Part shown: piece after piece, positions 1 to 8,333 of the stretch
Layout of the letters: each line of letters starts with the position of its first letter
How positions within the stretch are numbered: position 1 is the first letter of the stretch
DNA from: Vicinamibacterales bacterium
GTDB lineage: Bacteria > Acidobacteriota > Vicinamibacteria > Vicinamibacterales > SCN-69-37
DNA length: 64,000 bases
Direction of reading: 5' to 3'
Assembly (NCBI GenBank): GCA_041394725.1
Contig: JAWKHR010000036.1
Span: 996 to 64,995, forward strand
The notes under the pieces: model-generated
What the model was told of the DNA's origin: nothing
Database searches by the model: none
The model's input: only the letters and a program-made list of their open reading frames with translations
Program-made: the position numbers and the translations under genes

Positions 1-1767
1 GACGCGGCGGCGGCGAAGGCCGCGCTCGACCGGCTCGCGCGCGTGCGCCCGGGCAGCGTCGAGGAGGCCGGCCTGCGCGTCGCCCTCGCGTACGAGGACG
101 GCGGGGCCGCCGCGGTGCCCGCGGCAATCGAGGCCGTGCGCGCCGCCGACCCGCGGTCGGCGATCGGGTACAGGCTGGCCGGCGAGCGCGCCGCGTTCGC
201 CTATCGCTTCGCCGAGGCGTCGGACTTCGCGCGCAAGGCCACCGAGACCGACCCTGACGACCCGCAGGCGTTCTTCGATCTCGGGCTGTACTTGATGCGC
301 ACCGGCGACGAGGGCTCCGCTCGCGCGGCGCTGGAGCGGTCCTGGGACCTCGACAAGAGCGCGCCGGTCACGAAGAACCTGCTCGACCTGCTCGACAAGA
401 TCGACGCCTACACCACGGTCGAGGCGCCGAACATGATCTTCCGGTTCGCGCCGAACGAGGCCGAGGTGCTCAAGGTCTACGCGGTCCCGCTCGCCGAGCA
501 GGCGTATGCGACCTTCCAGAAGACGTACGGCTTCACACCCGAGGGCCCGATCCTCATCGAGGTGTTCCCGCGGCACGACGACTTCGCCGTCCGGACGATG
601 GGCCTGCCCGGTCTGGTCGGCGCGCTCGGCGCGTGCTTCGGGCGCGTGATCACGATGGATTCGCCGGCGGCGCCGGGCGTCTCGCCGTTCTCGTGGCACG
701 CGACGCTCTGGCACGAGATGGCGCACGTGTTCTCGCTGCAGCTCTCGCAGTACCGCGTGCCGCGCTGGCTCACCGAGGGCATCTCGACGTTCGAGGAGCA
801 CCGCAAGGTGCCGGCCTGGGGCCGGGAGCTGACACTCGAGTACGGGCGGGCGATGGCGACCGGGGAGACGTTCGGCGTCAAGGGGCTGCCCGACGCGTTC
901 AAGCGGCCCGAGCACCTCGCGATGGCCTACTTCGAGGCGTCGCTCGTCGTCGAGCATCTCGTCGATCTGAACGGCGACCAGGGACTGCAGACGTTGCTCA
1001 AGGCCTACGCCGAGGGGGCTTCCGACCAGCAGGCGTTCGCGCGCGCGTTCGGCAGGAGCGTGGACGAGGTGGACGCGTCGTTCCACCAGTTCGTGCAGGA
1101 GCGATTCGGGGCGCTGGCGAAGGCCATGGCGCCGCCGGCCTCGGAGGCGGCGGCGGACAACCTGCCGGCGCTCGAGCAGCGCGCGGCCGGCGCGCCGGGC
1201 AACTTCATCAGCCAGCTCACCTACGGCCAGGCGCTCGTCCGCGAGGGCCGGCTCGACGCCGCGAAGGCGCCGCTCGAGCGCGCGGCCGCGCTGGCGCCGA
1301 TGGCGTCCGGCGATGGCAGCCCGCGCGCGCTGCTGGCGATGATCGCCGAGCAGGCCGGCAACCAGGCCGGCGCGCGTGAGGAGTACCGCGACCTGCTCCA
1401 GGCCGACCACACCAACGTCAACGCCGCGCGGCGGCTGCTGGCCGTGTCGGGCGGCTCGACCGACGATCAGTTCTACGCCCTTCGCCTCATTGCCGACCTC
1501 GACCCGTTCGACGCCGACGCCCACGGCCAGCTCGGCCGGCGCCTGTTCGCGCAGGACGACTACGAGGCGGCGCTCCTCGAGTTCCAGGCGTCGCTCGCGC
1601 TCGGGCCGCCGAACCTCGCCGAGGCGCACTCGGACGTCGCGGAGACGTACCTCAAGCTCGGCAAGCGCGACGAGGCGAAGCAGGCGGCGCTCGAGGCGCT
1701 CAAGGAGGCGCCGACGTTCGTCCGGGCGCAGGAACTGCTGCTGCAGGCCATCGGGAGGGCGTCGTGA
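1..1767 (+). CDS. Gluzincin (MA/M1-like) zinc metallopeptidase with C-terminal TPR-like repeats; 5' end probably lies outside the window
   Basis: The frame of ORF 43..1767 stays open back to nt 1. It has HEMAH followed by WLTEG (the HExxH...E gluzincin signature). The C-terminal half carries Ala/Leu-rich TPR-like repeats. Confidence 0.6.
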   Translation, partial: DAAAAKAALDRLARVRPGSVEEAGLRVALAYEDGGAAAVPAAIEAVRAADPRSAIGYRLAGERAAFAYRFAEASDFARKATETDPDDPQAFFDLGLYLMRTGDEGSARAALERSWDLDKSAPVTKNLLDLLDKIDAYTTVEAPNMIFRFAPNEAEVLKVYAVPLAEQAYATFQKTYGFTPEGPILIEVFPRHDDFAVRTMGLPGLVGALGACFGRVITMDSPAAPGVSPFSWHATLWHEMAHVFSLQLSQYRVPRWLTEGISTFEEHRKVPAWGRELTLEYGRAMATGETFGVKGLPDAFKRPEHLAMAYFEASLVVEHLVDLNGDQGLQTLLKAYAEGASDQQAFARAFGRSVDEVDASFHQFVQERFGALAKAMAPPASEAAADNLPALEQRAAGAPGNFISQLTYGQALVREGRLDAAKAPLERAAALAPMASGDGSPRALLAMIAEQAGNQAGAREEYRDLLQADHTNVNAARRLLAVSGGSTDDQFYALRLIADLDPFDADAHGQLGRRLFAQDDYEAALLEFQASLALGPPNLAEAHSDVAETYLKLGKRDEAKQAALEALKEAPTFVRAQELLLQAIGRAS

Positions 1768-2786
1768 TCGGGCGGCGGTGGGGCGGGCGCACCGTCCTGG
1801 TCGCGCTGTTCGCGTCGGCGCTCGCGTTCGGCGCGGCGGGACGGGCCGCGGGGCAGGAGCGCTACGCGCTGCTCGTCGAGGGCGCCTCGGGCGAGCCGCA
1901 GTACGCGACGCTCCACCGGGGCTGGCTCGACGCGCTGCACGGCCTGCTCGTCGATCGGTTCAAGATGAACGCGGCCAACATCGTCGTGCTCGCCGACAAG
2001 CCGGTCGAGGGCGAGTCGCGCGCGACGGCGGACAACCTGCGCGCCGAGGTCGCGAAGCTGGTGCCGCGGGTCAAGGCGGACGACCAGCTGTTCGTGTTCC
2101 TCATCGGTCATGGCACCGCGTCGGCCGGGGAGGCGAAGTTCAACCTCATCGGGCCGGACCTCTCGGCGGCGGAGTGGAAGGACCTGCTCGCGCCGGTGAC
2201 CGGCACGCTGGTCTTCGTCAACACGACGAGCGCCAGCTTCCCGTACCTGGCCGGCCTGTCGGGGCCGAAGCACGTGGTGATCACCGCCACGCGCACCGCG
2301 GCCGAGAAGTTTCACACGCAGTTCGCCGACGCGTTCATCAAGGCGCTCGCCGCGCCGGAGGCCGACGCCGACAAGAACGCGCGGATCTCGATGCTCGAGG
2401 CGTTCACGTACGCGTCACAGCTGGTCGCGCAGGGCTATGAGCGCGAGGACGCGATGGCGACCGAGCACGCCGTCCTCGACGACAACGGCGACGGCCAGGG
2501 CCGGGTGGCCGCCGACGCCGGCGACGATGGGGCGATCGCCGGGATGACCTACCTCGACGCGGAGGTCCTGCCGACGTCGTCGGACCCGGAGGTGCAGGCG
2601 CTGATCAAGCGGCAGGCGGACCTCACCCGCCAGATCGACGACCTGCGCCGCCGCCGCGCGTCGATGCCGCCGATTGCCTTCGACCAGCAGTTCGAGCCGC
2701 TCATCATCGAGCTGGCGACGGTCTCCCGCGAGGTGCGACGCAGGACCGGGGGTCAGGTCTTGGATCGCAGCCTCGACCCGCGGTGA
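1764..2786 (+). CDS. Secreted hypothetical protein (weak caspase/legumain-like resemblance, unverified)
   Basis: GTGA start/stop overlap with the upstream gene. N-terminal signal peptide (VLVALFASALAFGAAG). A coherent 340-aa ORF whose last ~12 codons lie inside the left arm of the 2748-2855 repeat. Confidence 0.5.
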   Translation: MIGRRWGGRTVLVALFASALAFGAAGRAAGQERYALLVEGASGEPQYATLHRGWLDALHGLLVDRFKMNAANIVVLADKPVEGESRATADNLRAEVAKLVPRVKADDQLFVFLIGHGTASAGEAKFNLIGPDLSAAEWKDLLAPVTGTLVFVNTTSASFPYLAGLSGPKHVVITATRTAAEKFHTQFADAFIKALAAPEADADKNARISMLEAFTYASQLVAQGYEREDAMATEHAVLDDNGDGQGRVAADAGDDGAIAGMTYLDAEVLPTSSDPEVQALIKRQADLTRQIDDLRRRRASMPPIAFDQQFEPLIIELATVSREVRRRTGGQVLDRSLDPR

Positions 2787-2855
2787 CTTACGATCCTGAA
2801 ATTCCCCGACCGTGACCGGGCGCGGGCCGCGGCTGCTATCCAAGACCTGACCCCC
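2748..2855. repeat. Inverted-repeat element (family A): 25-nt arms GGGGGTCAGGTCTTGGATCGCAGCC / GGCTGCTATCCAAGACCTGACCCCC
   Basis: Arms at 2748-2772 and 2831-2855 are complementary with one mismatch. Twenty-six nt of the arm are identical to the element at 47231-47337. The centre contains CTGAAAT, as in the other copy. Confidence 0.8.
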
Positions 2856-3609
2856 ACCACGACGGGTTCAGGCGCTCGCGACGGACCAGCCACCGGGCGC
2901 CGAGCAGGCCGATCGCGGCGCCCGCCAGCGCCTCGCACATCACGACGAGCGCCGCCGTGCCTGGCGACACCTGCGACCCCGCGCCGCCCAGGATCTGCAT
3001 CGCCATCCAGACGCCGACGAAGAAGAACGCCGGCAGTTCCACGGCGTCGAACAACCACGGCAGCGGCACCAGCACGAGGACGCGCGACGTGGGGAAGAGG
3101 CCCAGGTAGCCGCCCGCCACGGTCCCGATCAGCCCCGCGGCGCCCACAATCGGGAGGACGCCGGACGGGTCGGGCACGGCCGCCGCCCGCGCCGCCAGCA
3201 GGCTCCCGGCCGCCACCACACCCAGGAACCGCAGATGGCCCAGCCGGTCCTCCAGCGCCGGCCCGAACAGCCAGAGCGCGCCGAGGCTGCCGGCCGCCGC
3301 CAGCCACCCGGCATGGACCATCGTGGCCGTCAACGCACGGCTCCACGAGAATGCCGACGGCACCAGCCCCGTCGCGACCACCCAGGCGTCACGATCGGCG
3401 GGCGGGAGCAGCTGGCCCCAGGCGAACGCAGCCGCCAGGCCTCCGAGGAGGAGCCACGTCATCCAGGGCGTGACACGGGTGGGGACGACGTCGGCGATCG
3501 GGAACACGGGTCGGGGGGAACGGTAGAATGAACGGTTGATGAGTTCTACCACACGGAATGCCGTCACGACGTGCTCGACGTGCGGCGCGCGGATTGCCGA
3601 GAAGGCCAT
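2836..3609 (-). CDS. Rhomboid-family membrane protein, apparently catalytically inactive
   Basis: Multi-TM protein with rhomboid scaffold motifs (HAGWL...LWLFGPALEDRLG, a GxxG helix). The expected GASG reads GAAG and AHLGG reads ALAGA. The true start may lie downstream (GTG at 3552). Confidence 0.6.
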   Translation of the reverse strand: MAFSAIRAPHVEHVVTAFRVVELINRSFYRSPRPVFPIADVVPTRVTPWMTWLLLGGLAAAFAWGQLLPPADRDAWVVATGLVPSAFSWSRALTATMVHAGWLAAAGSLGALWLFGPALEDRLGHLRFLGVVAAGSLLAARAAAVPDPSGVLPIVGAAGLIGTVAGGYLGLFPTSRVLVLVPLPWLFDAVELPAFFFVGVWMAMQILGGAGSQVSPGTAALVVMCEALAGAAIGLLGARWLVRRERLNPSWWGSGLG

Positions 3610-3877
3610 CGTCTGCTACCGGTGCGGCACGCCGACGGCCATCCCCGAGGCGCCCGTCCGGCCCGGGCCGCCCCCGCGTCGTGGGCTGCCGTGGCTGACC
3701 ATCCTGACCGTCCTCGCGATCATCGCCGTCGGCGTCTGGACCGTGCCGATGACGCCCGAGGATTCCTGGCAGCGGATGGCGACCTTCGCGGGCCTGGCCG
3801 TGGCGACGTTCGTGGGCGTCCGGCTGACCCGGCCTCGGCGGCCCGCCGGCCGTGGCGGCCCGCATCGGGTAGACTGA
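3539..3877 (+). CDS. Zinc-ribbon domain membrane protein
   Basis: CSTCG...CYRCG zinc ribbon followed by two hydrophobic helices. TAGAAT lies 9 nt upstream of the ATG. Confidence 0.5.
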   Translation: MSSTTRNAVTTCSTCGARIAEKAIVCYRCGTPTAIPEAPVRPGPPPRRGLPWLTILTVLAIIAVGVWTVPMTPEDSWQRMATFAGLAVATFVGVRLTRPRRPAGRGGPHRVD

Positions 3878-3886
3878 GCACGGTTT

Positions 3887-5509
3887 ATGGCTGCTCCCCG
3901 CCTCGAAGTGCGCGACGTGCTCGGCGAGCGCGTCGTCTCCGTCGATCACCTCCCGTTTGCCATCGGCCGTCGGGAGACCAACGACCTGCGTCTCGGCGGC
4001 AGCGAGGTCTCGCGCGAGCACGCGCAGATCGTCGGCGCCGACGGGGGCGGGTACCGCCTGCACGACCTCCAGTCGCGCTACGGCACGTTCGTCAACGGCG
4101 AGTCCGTCAGCGAGTGCGAGCTGCGCGTGGGCGACCGGATCCGCCTGGGGCGCGGCGGCGGGGCGGACCTGGTCTTTCTCGGCACCGAGGAGGAAGCCAG
4201 CCTGTCGGGCCGGTCGACGACCGGGGCGCGCGACGACCTCCGGCAGATCAACGCGCTCCTCGAGGGCTTCCGTGCGCTCGGCTCCGGCCGCGTGCTGCTC
4301 GACGTGCTCGCGCTCGTGCTCGACGCCGCGCTCGAAATCTCCGGGGCGGAACGCGGCTTCATCCTCCTTTCGGCCGACGATGGCGAGCTGGAGTTCAAGC
4401 TGGCGCGCAACCGCGACAAGCGGACGCTGACCGACCGCACCTTCGACATCAGCAAGCTCATCCCCGAGGAGGTCTTCAAGACGGGGGTGACGCGCGTCGT
4501 GTCGGACCTGCTCGACGCCGGCCTGGCCGACGTCCACATGGGCACGGTCGCGCTCGGCATCCGCAACGTCGTGTGCGTGCCGCTCAACTACGTGCACTAC
4601 GTCGAGTCGGCCGACGCCCGCACCGAGGACCAGCGGATCGGCGTGCTCTACCTCGACAGCCGCGAGAAGGGCCGGTTGCTGTCGGACGCGACCCGGCGCG
4701 GGCTCGAGACGCTGGCCGCCGAGGCGGCCGTCGCGATCCAGAATGCGCGGCTCTACCGCGACAAGCTCGAGAAGTCGCGGATGGAGCAGGAAATGCGGAT
4801 CGCCGCCGAGATCCAGCAGGCGCTGCTCCCGAAGCCGCGCGCGAGCCTCGGGTTCGTCGAGGCCTCGGCCGCGAGCCTGCCGTGCCGGTCGATCGGCGGC
4901 GACTTCTTCGACTACGTGGACGATCCGGGCGCGTCGTTCGGCTTCGCGCTGGGCGACGTGGCGGGCAAGGGACCGCCGGCCGCGCTGATGAGCGCGCTCG
5001 TGCAGGGCATGTTCTCGGCCCAGGCCCGGGTCACGACCGCGCCCGCCGAGGCCATCACCAGCATGAACAAGGCCCTGTGCCGCCGGGGCCTGGAATCGCG
5101 GTTCGTCACGCTCCTCTACGGCGTCATGGGCGCCGACGGCACGCTGACCTACTGCAACGCGGGTCACAACCCGCCGTTCGTCGTCGGGCCGAGCGGCGTG
5201 CGGCGCCTGGAGGCCGGCGGACCGGTGGTCGGGCTGCTCGAGTTCGCACCCTACGAGCAGGAGTCGGTGCAGCTCCAGTCCGGCGACGTCGTGGTCGTCT
5301 TCAGCGACGGTGTCTCCGAGGCGCTCGACCGGGCGGGGCAGGAGTTCGGCGACGATCGGCTGCAGGCGGTCGTCGAGGCCGCCCGCGACGAGACGCCCGC
5401 CGCCATCGTCGATCGCGTGATCGGCGCGGTGCAGGCGTTCAGCGCGGGCGCGCCGCAGAGCGACGACATCACCGCGATGGTCATCCGCTTCGTGGGGGCC
5501 GGGGCCTGA
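3887..5509 (+). CDS. FHA-GAF-PP2C (SpoIIE-type) serine/threonine phosphatase
   Basis: N-terminal FHA motifs (GR...N...L....VSR.HA...YGTFVNG). A central GAF-like region. C-terminal GGDFFDY...GDVAGKG...SDG PP2C/SpoIIE motifs. Confidence 0.85.
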   Translation: MAAPRLEVRDVLGERVVSVDHLPFAIGRRETNDLRLGGSEVSREHAQIVGADGGGYRLHDLQSRYGTFVNGESVSECELRVGDRIRLGRGGGADLVFLGTEEEASLSGRSTTGARDDLRQINALLEGFRALGSGRVLLDVLALVLDAALEISGAERGFILLSADDGELEFKLARNRDKRTLTDRTFDISKLIPEEVFKTGVTRVVSDLLDAGLADVHMGTVALGIRNVVCVPLNYVHYVESADARTEDQRIGVLYLDSREKGRLLSDATRRGLETLAAEAAVAIQNARLYRDKLEKSRMEQEMRIAAEIQQALLPKPRASLGFVEASAASLPCRSIGGDFFDYVDDPGASFGFALGDVAGKGPPAALMSALVQGMFSAQARVTTAPAEAITSMNKALCRRGLESRFVTLLYGVMGADGTLTYCNAGHNPPFVVGPSGVRRLEAGGPVVGLLEFAPYEQESVQLQSGDVVVVFSDGVSEALDRAGQEFGDDRLQAVVEAARDETPAAIVDRVIGAVQAFSAGAPQSDDITAMVIRFVGAGA

Positions 5510-5510
5510 C

Positions 5511-5771
5511 GTGACCCGCCGGGTGCTGTTCCTGGCCTGGCTGGCGGTCGGCGTCGCCGTCTGGAACGGCTTCTTCGACCTCTACGTGTCACGGGGCGCG
5601 CGCGAGTGCCTGCAGAGGCGCGCGGAATACGACGCCGGCCTTGCCCCCGGCCCCGCGCCGGCCATGGCCGAGGTCATGGCGACCGCGCGGCACGACGGCC
5701 TGATCGCCGCCTCGGCGTGGGCCGTCCTCGTGACGGGCCTCGGGCTCGTCACGCTGAGGAGGACGCGGTGA
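5511..5771 (+). CDS. Small membrane protein, hypothetical
   Basis: 86-aa ORF with two hydrophobic helices, tightly packed between neighbouring genes (stop overlaps the next ATG). Confidence 0.4.
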   Translation: MTRRVLFLAWLAVGVAVWNGFFDLYVSRGARECLQRRAEYDAGLAPGPAPAMAEVMATARHDGLIAASAWAVLVTGLGLVTLRRTR

Positions 5772-7011
5772 TGCACAAGCTCATCTACGACTGGAACCGC
5801 GTCGACGCGCCCCGGCGCCCGCGACGCGTGTGATGCTCGACGACGAGACGCTGCGCGACGGGTTGCAGTCGCCGTCCGTCCGGACGCCGTCGATCGAGCA
5901 CAAGATCCGCCTGCTGCACCTGATGGACGCGCTCGGCATGGACACGGCCGACATCGGCCTGCCCGGCGCCGGGCCGCACGTCGTGCAGGACGTCGAGCGG
6001 CTGGCGCGCGAGATCGTGGACGCGAAACTCGCGATTCGCCCGAATTGCGCCGCGCGCACCGTGATCGCCGACATCCGGCCCATCGTGGAGGTCGCGCAGC
6101 GGACCGGCATCGCGATCGAGTGCTGCGCGTTCATCGGATCCAGCCCGATCCGCCAGTACGCCGAGGACTGGACGCTCGACCGCCTCGAGCGGCTCAGCGC
6201 CGAGGCCATCACGTTCGCCGTCGCCGAGGGACTGCCGGTGATGTACGTCACCGAGGACACGACGCGCGCCGACCCGGAGTCACTGCGGCGCCTGTACTCG
6301 ACCGCGATCCGGGCCGGCGCAACGCGACTCTGCATCGCCGACACGGTCGGCCACGCGACGCCCTCGGGGGCCCGCGCCGTCGTGAGGTTCGTGCAGTCGG
6401 TCGTGGACGAGTGCGGCGGCGGCGTCGGGATCGACTGGCACGGCCACCGCGACCGCGACCTGGCGGTGGGGAACAGCCTCGCCGCGATGGAGGCCGGCGC
6501 GACGCGCCTGCACGGCGCGGCCCTCGGGCTCGGCGAGCGCGTCGGCAACACGCCGATCGACGTCCTGCTCGCCAACCTGGTGCTGATGGGGCTCCGCGAC
6601 GCCGATCTCCGGCACCTGCCGGAGACTGCGCAGCTCGCCTCCGAGGCGTGCGGCGTCCCGCTCCCGCACAATTACCCGATCGTCGGCCGTGACGCCTTCC
6701 GCACGGCGACGGGCGTCCATGCCGCGGCCGTGATCAAGGCGTACCCGGAAGGGCGAGCCGGACCTGGTGGACGCCGTCTACTCGGGCGTACCGGCCAGCC
6801 TGGTCGGCCGCGAGCAGGTGATCGACGTCGGCCCGATGTCCGGCAAGTCGAACGTCGTCTACTGGCTCGAGAAGCGCGGCCTCGAGGCCGCGCCCGAGCG
6901 CGTGGAGCGCATCTTCGCGAAGGCCAAGACGTCGGGTGCGGTGCTGTCCGAAGAAGAGATCCTGGGGCGATGGAGGACGTGGAGAACGTGGAGGACGTGG
7001 AGAGAGGCTAG
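5771..7011 (+). pseudogene. HMGL-family 2-isopropylmalate/homocitrate synthase-like gene, interrupted by three small indels as assembled
   Basis: DETLRDGLQ...DTVGHATP...HGHRDRDLAVGN...GERVGNTP...TGVHAAAVIKA motifs. The reading frame switches at GTGTG 5828-5832, CCC 6744-6746 and GGGG 6964-6967. Correcting +2, +1 and -1 gives one 413-codon ORF ending at TAG 7009-7011. Confidence 0.7.
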
Positions 7012-7083
7012 GGCCTCTGGAGACCGTGGCGCAAGGCGGCGCCGGAGCCGGGGCGGCCGGGCATGGAGCCCGTGGGGCGCCGG

Positions 7084-7121
7084 GAGAACGGGGAGTTCCT
7101 CCAGTTCTCTTCTTTCTTCTT
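7084..7121 (+). terminator. Candidate intrinsic terminator
   Basis: Hairpin GAGAAC-GG-GGAG-ttc-CTCC-A-GTTCTC followed by the T-rich run TTCTTTCTTCTT, about 75 nt after the stop at 7011. Confidence 0.4.
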
Positions 7122-7270
7122 GTCCCGTTCTTCTCTCTTCCCGCTTCACTGTTCGCTCCGACTTCGTGTCCAACCCGCGGGTTCTGCCGTTCCACCGGCG
7201 ATTCAGGGCCCGGAGACCAGATCCGCTCTCCCCACGTCCTCCGGGACCGCCACTCTCCCCACGGCGCCCG

Positions 7271-8266
7271 TCACTGCATCAGGTGCTTCTCGATCAGGGG
7301 GAGGGCGGCGACGAGCGTGTCGCCGACGGCCTGCAGGGGTTCGCGGTCCAGCTTGTCCAGGGTGTCGAGCGCGGTATGCCAGTACATCTGGCCGGTGGAG
7401 CTCCAGTATTCGAGGTCGATGATGTCGGCCGCGGGGACACCGGCCTCGAGGAAGGCGTAATGGTCGTCCTCGATCGGCGTCTCCGACATCGGGAAGTAGC
7501 TCGCGTGGCCGACGGTGCGGGCCGCGTTCCAGATGATGTCCTTGAGCCACTTCGTGGACGACGCCTCGCGCTGGAAGCGCGCGTTGCGCTCGGCGATCAT
7601 GTCGACGAGGATCATGGCCTTGATCGACGACAGCGAGCCGTCGGCGCGCGCCGCGTCCACGTAGTGCCGGCTGCCGTAGGTGTTGTCGGGGGAGCCGTTG
7701 TTGGTGCACTCGTCCCAGTTCGTGCAGAACGCCTCTTCGCCGTCGAACCAGACGAGCTCCCAGGTGAACTCGCGCGGGCGGTCCTTGAGGACGCGCGCGA
7801 GCTCCACGAGGAACGCGCCGCTCGACCCGCCGTCGTTGGCGCCCACGAACCGGAAGGCCTTGAACGGTTTCGTGTCGTAGTGCCCGGTCAGCAGGATGCG
7901 ATCGGGCCGGCGGCCAGCCAGCCGGACGACCAGGTTGACCATCCTGACCTGGCCCTGCGGCGTCGGCGTGGTCCAGGCCTGTTCCTCGACCTTCAGGCCG
8001 AAGCTCTCGATCTGGGCCTTGATGTAGTCGCGGGTCTGCTCGATTGCGGGCGAGCCGGCCGGGCGCGGGCCGAAGGCGACCATCTTCTCGAGGTGCGCCC
8101 ACGCCCGCGCGCTGTCGAACGCCGGCGCGGCCTGGGGCGTGTCGGCGGCCCGGACGGGGGCGAACGCGACGCCCAGGACGGCCACGGCCGCGAGGGCGGT
8201 GGCCACCGGGGCCTTTGCGGCGGCGAAGGGGGCGAGGCGAACGAGGCGAACGAGCGCGCGCGTCAT
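7271..8266 (-). CDS. M28-family zinc peptidase (aminopeptidase / glutaminyl-cyclase-like), secreted
   Basis: HYDT...GANDGGSSGA...FDGEE motifs and a signal peptide. AAAGGA Shine-Dalgarno upstream of the ATG at 8266; the ORF is also open to 8305. Confidence 0.75.
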   Translation of the reverse strand: MTRALVRLVRLAPFAAAKAPVATALAAVAVLGVAFAPVRAADTPQAAPAFDSARAWAHLEKMVAFGPRPAGSPAIEQTRDYIKAQIESFGLKVEEQAWTTPTPQGQVRMVNLVVRLAGRRPDRILLTGHYDTKPFKAFRFVGANDGGSSGAFLVELARVLKDRPREFTWELVWFDGEEAFCTNWDECTNNGSPDNTYGSRHYVDAARADGSLSSIKAMILVDMIAERNARFQREASSTKWLKDIIWNAARTVGHASYFPMSETPIEDDHYAFLEAGVPAADIIDLEYWSSTGQMYWHTALDTLDKLDREPLQAVGDTLVAALPLIEKHLMQ

Positions 8267-8333
8267 GCGGACGGTCCTTTCCGCCCGGCGCCGGTGCCGG
8301 GCCATGGGGGCCGCGGGCGGGCGGCGGACGGGC

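Noticed and set aside
3389-5167. Very long ORFs antisense to or overlapping well-supported genes. Examples: 3389..5167(-), 15911..18340(-), 20582..23560(-), 27751..30582(+), 40902..43061(-), 58272..60362(-), 46643..48322(-).
   Set aside because: Their translations are Arg/Gly/Pro/Ala-rich with no motifs. They mirror genes that have clear family signatures. Long stop-free antisense frames are expected in very GC-rich DNA.
5771-5833. 20-codon upstream ORF as a leader peptide or attenuator for the leuA-like gene.
   Set aside because: It has no run of Leu or other regulatory codons and no terminator/antiterminator structure. Its stop coincides with the main ORF start at a GTGTG repeat. A 2-nt indel fusing the two is more parsimonious.
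7012-7270. CT-rich tract (about 7095-7150; AG-rich with several GGA on the minus strand) as a CsrA-sponge-like sRNA.
   Set aside because: There are only a few GGA motifs and no repeated hairpin presentation. The stem-loop plus T-run at 7084-7121 is adequately explained as a terminator. No further evidence is obtainable from sequence alone.
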